Source: an uncultured Clostridia bacterium (GTDB lineage Bacteria > Bacillota > Clostridia > TANB77 > CAG-465). From it: a stretch of 64,000 nucleotides of DNA. Each line of letters begins with the position of its first letter. Position 1 is the stretch's first letter. The stretch is taken from NCBI GenBank assembly GCA_934149365.1, contig CAKPEI010000001.1:12723-76722 (forward strand), written 5' to 3'. The translations under genes and the position numbers were made by a program. The notes under the pieces were generated by a model. The model saw nothing but the letters and a program-made list of their open reading frames with translations. It searched no databases and was not told where the DNA came from. Positions 19,473 through 27,915 of this stretch are shown in pieces.

Positions 19473-20177
19473 TTAGGAGATAGCTTTCTCACCGTTTGAG
19501 AAAGGAACAAATTGGTATTCTTCTCTGTACCCAGCGTTTGATAACAGGTCATATATTCCGTCAAAATATTTTACTGTATATGTTCGACCATCATCTGACT
19601 GAATAACAAGTGTACCATTGTTCTGTCCGTAAGTACCTATGAGCTTTTCTGCCTCGCTTGTTATAAAGCAATTGTTAATGTTAGGTTCAATTGTTGTTTC
19701 ATAATAAAAATGCTTTACTTCAATGCCACCGACAGGAATTTCTTTTGCTCTTGTTAAGATTTCTTGAGGAAGCGGTTTTACGTTGCGACTTCTTGCAATT
19801 TTTCTTGCCTTTTCTCTTGTATTATCCCATCTTAACTGTTCACATCTTGCATTAAGATTGCGCCAAGTTTCTCGCATGTTTTTAGGATAATCCCAGTTAG
19901 AAAAAGGAACGAAGATGTTCTTCTGAATAAAACCTTTTGCTTTCAAAATTTCAACGAAATTTTCAACATAAGGTATAACATAGTTTACAAGATCTTCGTC
20001 AACGAAGGTTAAGGTGCCGTTGTTCATGTTGTAAATCATTGCTTCCCGAGTAGGAATTACTGTTGATTCTTTATCCCATTGAGGATATACTGCTATAATC
20101 CCGCATGCAGGAATCTTAAATGCCATTTCTTTGAGCTCTGCAAAGTTTTCCGGTCTGTTTGTTGTTACGTTTGTCAT
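19473..20177 (-). CDS. hypothetical protein (compositionally GC-richer than flanks)
   Basis: 234 aa. RBS AAAGGAG. No recognisable domain. Confidence 0.6.
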   Translation of the reverse strand: MTNVTTNRPENFAELKEMAFKIPACGIIAVYPQWDKESTVIPTREAMIYNMNNGTLTFVDEDLVNYVIPYVENFVEILKAKGFIQKNIFVPFSNWDYPKNMRETWRNLNARCEQLRWDNTREKARKIARSRNVKPLPQEILTRAKEIPVGGIEVKHFYYETTIEPNINNCFITSEAEKLIGTYGQNNGTLVIQSDDGRTYTVKYFDGIYDLLSNAGYREEYQFVPFSNGEKAIS

Positions 20178-20295
20178 AATGAATTCTCCTTTTCTGCCTA
20201 CACATTAAATGTGAGGTCTTTAAAAATATTTTTAATATATAATAACAGGTTGCCCTGATTATTATCTTTCCTGATATATATTAATATAACATCAT

Positions 20296-20340
20296 ATAAA
20301 TATAACATACATTAATTATACCACATTTTACATAAAAAAT
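20296..20340 (-). promoter_or_regulatory. conserved promoter module (minus strand TTGATT-17-TGgTATAAT with TTTACATAAA-type spacer), family copy A
   Basis: Plus strand CATACATTAATTATACCACATTTTACATAAAAAATCAA. Near-identical modules at 23255-23305 and 43432-43475. Confidence 0.5.
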
Positions 20341-20428
20341 CAATTTTGGAAGGCTTTATGGCCCTTGTGAATAAAAGGAATAACCTTTCATATAAATGGT
20401 AATATATCAAAAAAGGAGAATATGTAAT

Positions 20429-21367
20429 ATGAAAGATATAAGAGGTGACATGCATGTTGATACAATTGAGTTTGCACTAGATAATAACATGAAGTTAGAT
20501 GATAGAAAGCTTGAATTTAACATGTTTGATATTAATGAGTATTTGCCATATATACAATTTATGGCATGCTTTGTTCATGATAAATATATTGATAGGGGAT
20601 ATGAAAGGTATAAAAGTATACTAGATTGTTATAATACCTCACTAAATAACTTTAGTAAGGTAATAAAGATAGAAGAAAAAGAAGATATTGAAAAAGTAAG
20701 AATAAATAATAAATTAGGAACGTTACTTACTGTTGAAAATGCAGTAGCATTAGACGGAAGACTGGAAAATGTATATAACATGTATGATGACGGCGTAAGA
20801 GTTATGGGTATAACCTGGAATTTTGAAAATCAGTTAGCAACAGGTTGTATGTCAAAATATGATACAGGGCTTACAGAATTTGGTGCTAAATGTATAAAAG
20901 TAATGAATAAAATTAACATGATAGTAGACGTATCACATGCTTCTTTAAATACATTTTGGAATATAGCGAAAATTACAGACAAACCTATTGTTGCTTCACA
21001 TTCTAATGTGTATAGTTTATGTAAGCATAAAAGGAATTTGAAAGATAATCAGATAAAAGAAATTGCTAAACTTAATGGAATTATTGGAATAACATATAGC
21101 AAAGATTTTTTAAGCAATAGTAACAGTGCTACAATAAATGATGTTATAAAGCACATAAGGTATGTTAGTGATTTGGTAGGAGTAAAACATGTTTGTTTAG
21201 GAAGTGATTTTGATGGAGTTGATGTGGAAAAACTTCCAGAAAATTTAAAAGGCGTAAAAGATATAAATAAAATAGAGGAATGTTTAACACTAAATAGTTT
21301 TAATAAAAATGAGATAAAAGATATAATGGGAGAGAATTTAAGTAGATTTTTAATGGAAAATATATAA
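20429..21367 (+). CDS. membrane dipeptidase (peptidase family M19)
   Basis: HVDT, DVSH and GSDFDG motifs. ATG at 20429 with RBS AAAGGAG preferred over the upstream in-frame start. Confidence 0.75.
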   Translation: MKDIRGDMHVDTIEFALDNNMKLDDRKLEFNMFDINEYLPYIQFMACFVHDKYIDRGYERYKSILDCYNTSLNNFSKVIKIEEKEDIEKVRINNKLGTLLTVENAVALDGRLENVYNMYDDGVRVMGITWNFENQLATGCMSKYDTGLTEFGAKCIKVMNKINMIVDVSHASLNTFWNIAKITDKPIVASHSNVYSLCKHKRNLKDNQIKEIAKLNGIIGITYSKDFLSNSNSATINDVIKHIRYVSDLVGVKHVCLGSDFDGVDVEKLPENLKGVKDINKIEECLTLNSFNKNEIKDIMGENLSRFLMENI

Positions 21368-21370
21368 AAA

Positions 21371-21396
21371 AATACCTGCTAAAAAGCAGGTATATA
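21371..21396. terminator. rho-independent terminator
   Basis: Hairpin acctgct-aaaa-agcaggt after an A-run, followed by T/A. Confidence 0.5.
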
Positions 21397-21399
21397 TAT

Positions 21400-21474
21400 T
21401 GGCTGGGGTACTAGGATTCGAACCTAGGAATGTCGGAATCAGAATCCGATGCCTTACCACTTGGCGATACCCCA
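21400..21474 (-). tRNA. tRNA-Gln (anticodon CTG)
   Basis: Reverse complement folds with acceptor TGGGGTA/TACCCCA, anticodon stem TCGGA/TCCGA, loop TTCTGAT, CCA encoded. Confidence 0.8.
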
Positions 21475-21628
21475 AAACATAGACATATTATACTATTTTA
21501 TTTTTCAGTTTTCAATATATAACTGCTTTATTTCTAAAATTTGTTTATAGGTTGAAATTTGAGCAAAGATATAATATAATAGCAAGCATATAGAGATATA
21601 ATTTAATTATATCATACCAGGAGGTATT

Positions 21629-22756
21629 ATGAGAGTACTAATACTTTATGCTAAAGCTGGTAATGGACATTTTAAAGCGGCTGAAGCAATTAAAGAAAAA
21701 TTAAATGAACATTATAAAGATGTAGAGGTTGTATTTGAAGATGGATTAGAATATTCTAGTAGAATAGCAAATCAAATAGTAGTTAAAGGCTATGCTAATA
21801 TGACAAAATTAATTCCAAGTATGTGGGGAGCTATATATTCAAAGGCAGATACTAAAGAAAAAACAACACTAAATGAGATTGCTAAATTAATACATAAGGG
21901 ACTTACAATAAGACTTAAAAAATTACTAAGAGAAGTAAGACCTGATATCATTGTATCAACGCATCCATTTGTTTCTAAGACATGCGCATACTTAAAGAAA
22001 AAGAATAAAACAGATGCTAAGATAGTAACAATACTTACTGATTATGCAGTGCATAATATGTGGCTTGAAGATAATAAATATTATGATAAGATATTAGTTG
22101 CAACAGAGGAAATGAAGGATGATTGTATAGAATCATACAATATAGAAGAAGAAAAAGTTGTAGTTACAGGTATACCTACATCACTAAAATTCGCTGAAAA
22201 ATATGACAGAGAAAAAACACTTAAAGAATATGGCTTGGAAGATAAACTTACGTTCCTATTTTTTGCAGGTGGTGGTCAAGGCATAGGTCAATCTAAAGAT
22301 ATATTTGAAGAATTGTTAAATATAGATGGCGATTTTCAAGTTGTTGCAGTATCTGGTAAAAATGAAAAGCAAAAGGCTAAGTTTGAAATAATGGCAAATA
22401 GTTGTAATAAAAAAATTGTGGTACTAGGTTATACTAATGATGTACCTGCACTTATGAATATGTGCGATTTTGTTATATCTAAACCAGGTGGGCTTACTTC
22501 AACAGAATGTTTAGTTATGAATAAACCTATGATTATAATAAACCCAATACCAGGTCAAGAAGAACAAAATGCAATATATTTTACAAACAACGGAACAGCA
22601 ATAAGAGCTTATGAGGGGGAGCCATTACGCCACCCTATAAATACACTTGTAAAAGATAAGTTTAGAGTAAATCAATTAAAAGAGATGTGTAAGAAAATAG
22701 CAAGGCCAAATGCGGTAGATGAAATTGTAAAAAACATAATAGAATTATATGAGTAA
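21629..22756 (+). CDS. processive diacylglycerol beta-glucosyltransferase / MGDG-synthase family glycosyltransferase (UgtP-like, GT28)
   Basis: 375 aa. N-terminal MRVLILYAKAGNGHFKAAEAI is typical of the family. Confidence 0.75.
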   Translation: MRVLILYAKAGNGHFKAAEAIKEKLNEHYKDVEVVFEDGLEYSSRIANQIVVKGYANMTKLIPSMWGAIYSKADTKEKTTLNEIAKLIHKGLTIRLKKLLREVRPDIIVSTHPFVSKTCAYLKKKNKTDAKIVTILTDYAVHNMWLEDNKYYDKILVATEEMKDDCIESYNIEEEKVVVTGIPTSLKFAEKYDREKTLKEYGLEDKLTFLFFAGGGQGIGQSKDIFEELLNIDGDFQVVAVSGKNEKQKAKFEIMANSCNKKIVVLGYTNDVPALMNMCDFVISKPGGLTSTECLVMNKPMIIINPIPGQEEQNAIYFTNNGTAIRAYEGEPLRHPINTLVKDKFRVNQLKEMCKKIARPNAVDEIVKNIIELYE

Positions 22757-22757
22757 A

Positions 22758-22792
22758 GTAAAAGGGCAAGAAATTATTATTCTTGCCCTTTT
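22758..22792. terminator. bidirectional terminator
   Basis: Hairpin aagggcaagaa-attattat-tcttgccctt plus T-run. Confidence 0.6.
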
Positions 22793-22797
22793 TCACG

Positions 22798-23214
22798 CTA
22801 CATAGCGTAATAGTAATTACCTTCGTATTCAAATTGATAAGCAGTAGAAAAATCTCTAACGTACCGAATGTCAACTATTTCTTGTGGTGTTGAAATATCG
22901 TCTGCTAATTTTTCTCTACTAAATTCAGGAAAACATATCTTTATAATTTCCTTAAGTGTTGAAGGCCCGCTTCCTGAGTAACCTGCCGTTAAATCCAAGA
23001 AAACAGCAGTGCCATCTTCAAAGAACAGTTTTGCGGGAGCCTCATTATTAATACCTTTCATAACTTCATAGTTTATTGTAATAAGTTTTACTTTATTTGG
23101 ACATATAATTTGTGAAGCTACAAGCCGCTTGAAATTATTGAAAATCGTATCTGTTGATCCCCTAAGATGAATAAAAGTTTTAATGCTTATTGTTTTTAGA
23201 TTTTTGCTTTCCAT
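22798..23214 (-). CDS. hypothetical protein
   Basis: 138 aa. RBS AAGGAG. No recognisable domain. Confidence 0.55.
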   Translation of the reverse strand: MESKNLKTISIKTFIHLRGSTDTIFNNFKRLVASQIICPNKVKLITINYEVMKGINNEAPAKLFFEDGTAVFLDLTAGYSGSGPSTLKEIIKICFPEFSREKLADDISTPQEIVDIRYVRDFSTAYQFEYEGNYYYAM

Positions 23215-23254
23215 GGTTTAAACACTCCTTAAAATAATTATATTTTTAATTTTA

Positions 23255-23305
23255 AAACAAATACCATATATATTTTACCATGTTTATGTAAACAAGTCAA
23301 ATTTT
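23255..23305 (-). promoter_or_regulatory. conserved promoter module (minus strand TTGACT-17-TAAAAT with TGTTTACATAAAC spacer), family copy C
   Basis: Alignable to the 20296-20340 and 43432-43475 modules. Confidence 0.45.
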
Positions 23306-23368
23306 AAGCAAAAGATATATCACTATTTGATAAAATGTGATATAATATGCTAAAAAGGAGAGTAAAAA

Positions 23369-24661
23369 TTGAAAGTCGCTTTTTATACATTAGGCTGTAA
23401 AGTAAATCAGTATGAAACAAACCTTTTAAAGGAAAGGTTTGAAGAAAATAACTATGAAGTTGTAGATACAAGCCAAAAGGCAGATATATATTGCATTAAT
23501 ACATGTTCTGTAACTAATATGAGTGATAGAAAAACAAGGCAAGCTATAAACAAAGTTAAAGCTCAAAATCCTATGGCAATTGTAGCAGTACTTGGTTGTT
23601 ATGCACAAAGTTTAAAAGAAAAAGCAGAAGAAATTAATGCGGATTGTATAATTGGAAATGATAATAAAAATGAAGCTTTTGAAATAATAGAAGAATGTGT
23701 AAATAGAAAGAAGAAAAAGTTTACACATATAATAGATATTTCAAAGGAAAGAAAATATAGAAGTCAAGGAACACTTAAGCATGGCTATGAGATAAGAGAA
23801 AATATAAAAATAGAAGATGGGTGTAATAATTTTTGCTCTTATTGTATAATACCATATGTTAGAGGAAGAGTAAGAAGTAGAGATTTAAAAGAGATAATAG
23901 AAGAAGCTAAAAATCTTGCTAAAAACAGAGTTAAAGAAATTGTCTTAGTTGGAATAGAAGTTGCTTCATATGGTCAAGATATAGAAAACAAAGTAGATTT
24001 GATTAATGTAATAGAAGAAGTTTCAAAGGAAGAAGGAATAGAAAGAATTAGAATAAGTTCTATAGAGCCTAGGTATTTAAGTAAAGAAAATATTAAAAGG
24101 TTATCAAATATTCCTAAGTTTTGTGAACATTTTCATATATCTATGCAGAGTGGTTCAAAAGAAGTACTAAAAAGAATGAATAGAAAATATGATAATGAAT
24201 ATTTAATAGAAGTTTGCAAAAACATAAAAGAAGTCTTTAAAAATGCAACAATATCTGTTGATGTTATAGTTGGCTTTCCAGAAGAAACAGATAGAGAGTT
24301 TGAGGAAACTGTGCAAACTATAGAAAAAATGGGACTTATGAAATTGCATGTTTTTAAATACTCTAAGAGAAGTTTTACCGTTGCAGCTAGGATGCAAGGA
24401 CAAGTAGACGGTAACGTAAAAAAACAAAGAAGTAATAAATTAATAAAGATAAGTAATAAATGTACTAAAGATGTTTTATCTGAGTATTTAGGTAAGACAG
24501 AAAAAGTACTTTTTGAGTCATATAAAAAAGAGTATTTGTATGGTTACACTAAAAATTATATAATGTGCAAGGTAAGAGGTGATGAAAGTTTATGTGGCAC
24601 GATACAAGACGTGGTTTTAACCTCATTAGAAAAAGAGCAAATGCTAGGAACAATAAAATAA
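23369..24661 (+). CDS. mtaB: tRNA threonylcarbamoyladenosine methylthiotransferase (MiaB-like radical SAM, MtaB type)
   Basis: CxxxCxxC radical-SAM motif (CNNFCSYC). UPF0004 N-terminal domain. TRAM-like C-terminus. TTG start with RBS. Confidence 0.8.
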   Translation: MKVAFYTLGCKVNQYETNLLKERFEENNYEVVDTSQKADIYCINTCSVTNMSDRKTRQAINKVKAQNPMAIVAVLGCYAQSLKEKAEEINADCIIGNDNKNEAFEIIEECVNRKKKKFTHIIDISKERKYRSQGTLKHGYEIRENIKIEDGCNNFCSYCIIPYVRGRVRSRDLKEIIEEAKNLAKNRVKEIVLVGIEVASYGQDIENKVDLINVIEEVSKEEGIERIRISSIEPRYLSKENIKRLSNIPKFCEHFHISMQSGSKEVLKRMNRKYDNEYLIEVCKNIKEVFKNATISVDVIVGFPEETDREFEETVQTIEKMGLMKLHVFKYSKRSFTVAARMQGQVDGNVKKQRSNKLIKISNKCTKDVLSEYLGKTEKVLFESYKKEYLYGYTKNYIMCKVRGDESLCGTIQDVVLTSLEKEQMLGTIK

Positions 24662-25824
24662 AGAAAGTAGAGCTATCTGTTATAGCAACATTAATCGTAA
24701 TGGTTTGCCTTTTAACAAGCTATGGAATATATAGTGTTGTAAGGACAAATAAAGCAAATGGCAATGCAGAAAGTAAAGTAGAAGAAAGAGCAAATGTTGA
24801 TATATACGGTAAAGAAGATAAGAATGAAGAAAAAGCTGATATAAAAGAGATAAAAGAAGAGGAGAAAATTGATAATACTTCAAACTCAAATTCTGATGTT
24901 ATTAAGATAACAGCACTTGGAGAAATAATGCTTGGTAAGAATAATATACCTCAAAGTAGTTATGCACTAGCGTTTAAAGAGGTGGCTTCATATACAGAAA
25001 AATCTGATTACACCGTAGCAAGTTTAGCAACTAATATAACTAGTGTAAAAGATTTATCTAATACAAAAACAAAATATATAGCAAATGAAGATATAGTTAA
25101 TGCTTTTTCTGCTCTTAATGTAAAGGCTCTAAATGTAGCCACAGACCATATGCTTGATTTTTCAAAAAATATGTTTACTAGTACTATTGATACATTGAAG
25201 AAAAACAAGATAGATGTAATAGGACTAGAAAATGATATTGTGTATGCTGAAAAAGATGGTATAAGAGTTGCATTTATTGGTGTAAATAACGTAGTTATAG
25301 GAAGTGCTAAAGATTATATTGATGCGGGAATGTATATATATGATTTAGGTAAAGTAAAAAATAGTATTAAAGAGGCTAAGACTAAAGCTGATGCAGTTAT
25401 AGTAATGACTCATTATGGTAAAGAGAATGCACACGAAGTAACTGACGTAATGAGATGGTTCTCAAGAGAAATAATAGATGCAGGAGCAGATATGGTACTT
25501 GGTGGTCACTCAATTGGAATATACCCTGTAGAAGAATATAATGGAAAAATAATAATATATAGTCTAGGTTACTTAATACATGATACAAATAATGAAAGTG
25601 GTAAGAAGTCAGCTGTATTTAACATTGATATAAATACGGAAGGTAAAGTAAAACAATTAGAAATTATACCTACATATATTGATAACAAAGTATCAGTTAA
25701 GATGTATAAAGATATAAATGAAGAGAAGAGTAAAAAACTACTAGAAGAATTAAACAATGGTTCTAAACTTTCTAGTTATACATCAGAAATAAAAAATGAT
25801 ACGTTAATTATTAAGGCAAAGTAA
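24592..25824 (+). CDS. CapA/PGA_cap family metallophosphoesterase-like membrane-anchored protein
   Basis: N-terminal transmembrane segment. DH/GGHS metallophosphatase motifs (VMTHYGKEN, LGGHSIGIY). Start 24592 overlaps mtaB by 70 nt, with RBS GAGGTGA 9 nt upstream. Confidence 0.6.
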   Translation: MWHDTRRGFNLIRKRANARNNKIKKVELSVIATLIVMVCLLTSYGIYSVVRTNKANGNAESKVEERANVDIYGKEDKNEEKADIKEIKEEEKIDNTSNSNSDVIKITALGEIMLGKNNIPQSSYALAFKEVASYTEKSDYTVASLATNITSVKDLSNTKTKYIANEDIVNAFSALNVKALNVATDHMLDFSKNMFTSTIDTLKKNKIDVIGLENDIVYAEKDGIRVAFIGVNNVVIGSAKDYIDAGMYIYDLGKVKNSIKEAKTKADAVIVMTHYGKENAHEVTDVMRWFSREIIDAGADMVLGGHSIGIYPVEEYNGKIIIYSLGYLIHDTNNESGKKSAVFNIDINTEGKVKQLEIIPTYIDNKVSVKMYKDINEEKSKKLLEELNNGSKLSSYTSEIKNDTLIIKAK

Positions 25825-25866
25825 TATTACAATAAAATTACAAATAAAAAAATAACACAAAAAGTG

Positions 25867-25895
25867 TTGAAAAAAGTTTTAATATAAAGTAGAAT
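25867..25895 (+). promoter_or_regulatory. promoter TTGAAA-17-TAGAAT for leader ORF / family B gene (copy 3)
   Basis: Identical hexamers and spacing at 37455-37483. Confidence 0.5.
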
Positions 25896-25946
25896 AAAAA
25901 CGTAGAAAATAAAAAGAAAGAAAAAGAAAAGTAAAGAGGTGAAAAT

Positions 25947-26027
25947 ATGTTAACTAAAGAGCATGCAAACAGTATAACTCTAGAGAGAGAGAGAGAGAGA
26001 GAGAGAGCATACAATTTAAAAATATAG
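25947..26027 (+). CDS. leader peptide ORF MLTKEHANSITL(ER)4AYNLKI containing the (GA)13 tract
   Basis: RBS AAAGAGGTGAAAA. ATG 25947. Stop TAG 26025-26027. Confidence 0.5.
   Translation: MLTKEHANSITLERERERERAYNLKI
25982..26007 (+). repeat. dinucleotide microsatellite (ag)13 inside the leader ORF
   Basis: 26-nt perfect tract. Confidence 0.95.
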
Positions 26028-26108
26028 CTACAAAAGTAGCTGCGTTTTGCGTGCAGAAAATAAAAGAGAATAGTAATGTAAAAGAAGTTAGTTAGACAGA
26101 GTAGAAAG

Positions 26109-26130
26109 TATAGCTAGCTTTTTTGCGTTT
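26109..26130 (+). promoter_or_regulatory. conserved GTATAGCTAGCTTTTTTGCGTTTAA element (copy 3)
   Basis: See 2376-2400. Confidence 0.5.
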
Positions 26131-26235
26131 AACTAGAAAGTAAAACAAAAATTAATTAAGGTATAATCATGATAGTAAATCATGTAAATATACAAAAAGT
26201 TTTGTTCAAAAGAAAAAAATAAAGGGGGAAAAAAT

Positions 26236-27432
26236 ATGAGAACAAAAGTTAAACTAAAAGGCGGAATATCATTAATAGTATTAGTAATAACAATAATAGT
26301 AATGATAATACTAGCCGCAGCAATAATATTATCGCTATCAAACAGTGGAATAATAGGAAAGGCAAATAAAGCAAAGACAGATACAGACATATCAAATGCA
26401 AAAGACTTAGTGGCTATGGCTCATGCAGACTGGATGCTAGATGAGGCAAAGATAAAAGAGAACGATGATACAATAACATCATTTAGTAACTATGCAGAAA
26501 AGAAATTACAAGAAGCAGGATATAAAGTAGGAGCAGGAGAAGGAGCATATACAGTAACAGAAGATGGAGAAGTATATACAGGTCTAACAGAAACAGCAAG
26601 AGCAGGAATAACAGCAGGAATAAAAATAGGAGATGAAGTAAAGTATAATGCAGTACTAACAGCAAAAAGAACTACAACAGACGGAAGTGAACAAAGTTCA
26701 ACAGGAGCAGCAGATATTACGAAGAAACAAACAGTAAAAACAAATACAAGCTATACATGGAAATATATAGGATTAGGAGAAGATGGAAGTTTACTTATAG
26801 CGCCAGATATGACAGGGACAATAGGAGCAGACTATAAATTAATATTAGGATATAAAGGAGGTTATATAAATGGACCAAAAATGTTAAATACAATATGTGA
26901 TATTTTATATACAGTAGAGGGAAAAGGAAAAGCTCAAAGTATGAATATAGACATAGTAAACAAAATATTAGAATATAATGGACCAAAAGGAAGATACTAT
27001 GATGCAAGTAGTAATACAGTAGAAACAACAGAAGCAATGACAATAGCAGAATTGGAAACAAAATTTAATAGTAAATTAGCAAGAGATTATGTGCCAGAGG
27101 GGAAAGATTTAGGAGAATATAAATCAGACTATTATTACATAAACAAAACATACCATGCAAGCAGAATAACCAAAGATACAGTGAAACAAAATCTAGTATA
27201 TCAAGCAAATACATATTGGCTTGCTTCTCCGTGTGTCGATGCGAATTTGGACATCGGTTATGCGAGTTTCCATGTACGCTGCGTTAACTCTACTAGCGTG
27301 GACGCGACCAACATGTTCAATCCGTATGTCTCCGATAGTAGCTTTCCCTGCGCTGTCCGTCCGTATGTTTCTCTAACATCTAATGTCCAGAAAACAACAG
27401 AAAATGGAAAAACAGTATGGACATTAAGCTAG
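26236..27432 (+). CDS. secreted/surface protein: prepilin-like N-terminus plus C-terminal YWLASPCV domain with candidate variable region (family B, copy 1)
   Basis: RBS AAGGGGG. N-terminus MRTKVKLKGG|ISLIVLVITIIVMIILAAAIILSLS. 398 aa. Confidence 0.8.
   Translation: MRTKVKLKGGISLIVLVITIIVMIILAAAIILSLSNSGIIGKANKAKTDTDISNAKDLVAMAHADWMLDEAKIKENDDTITSFSNYAEKKLQEAGYKVGAGEGAYTVTEDGEVYTGLTETARAGITAGIKIGDEVKYNAVLTAKRTTTDGSEQSSTGAADITKKQTVKTNTSYTWKYIGLGEDGSLLIAPDMTGTIGADYKLILGYKGGYINGPKMLNTICDILYTVEGKGKAQSMNIDIVNKILEYNGPKGRYYDASSNTVETTEAMTIAELETKFNSKLARDYVPEGKDLGEYKSDYYYINKTYHASRITKDTVKQNLVYQANTYWLASPCVDANLDIGYASFHVRCVNSTSVDATNMFNPYVSDSSFPCAVRPYVSLTSNVQKTTENGKTVWTLS
27239..27372 (+). other. candidate DGR-type variable region (GC-rich, NNC-codon-rich 3' segment)
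   Basis: Composition shift (gcg, ccg, cgc, gac, gtc codons) in an otherwise AT-rich gene. Differences from paralogs fall at first/second codon positions. Confidence 0.45.
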
Positions 27433-27588
27433 GAACAAAACTATGAAAAATAGGCGCTTCTAAAAGTGTAAATCATATAGGTGTGCATAAAGTGCCTGAA
27501 TACAGATGTTTTAGTTGACACATTTAGTCATGTAGACAAACTCTATCGTCTATGAGGCTATTTTTATGATTAAATTTTTATGAAAATA

Positions 27589-27762
27589 TTGATAAATTTT
27601 TTAAAATGTGGTATATTAACACTACAGATTCAATATGCATATTGATATTTATAGCTAAATAGATTAGAATACCCTTGCTACAGTAGGGACTTAAAAAAGT
27701 AGGAGTATCCTTGCCAGAGTAGGAATTAGAAAAGTGATTGCCATAAAAGGTAGTCACTTTTT
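27589..27762 (+). ncRNA. candidate small RNA / structured leader: promoter TTGATA-17-TGgTATATT to a rho-independent terminator, with internal direct repeats CCTTGCYASAGTAGGRA
   Basis: Promoter at 27589-27617. Terminator hairpin agtgatt-N11-agtcact plus T5 at 27733-27762. No ORF. Confidence 0.35.
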
Positions 27763-27915
27763 AAAAGCAAAAATATAACTCAATTATAAATTTATAAATC
27801 ATAAGACTATCTTTTTACATATGTTACAACAATGTATATTTTTTGTAATTATTCTACAAAAAAGTATACATTGTTTTCTTTTTTTGATATAATGTATATG
27901 TAATAATGCGATGGA

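Noticed and set aside
27239-27372. GC-rich 3' patches explained simply as horizontally acquired domain or as an antisense gene
   Set aside because: No ORF on the opposite strand. The patch is confined to ~135 nt inside otherwise AT-rich, clearly native paralogs, and the paralog differences are concentrated at codon positions 1-2. That fits adenine-targeted diversification better than plain foreign origin. Still unproven without a TR and RT.
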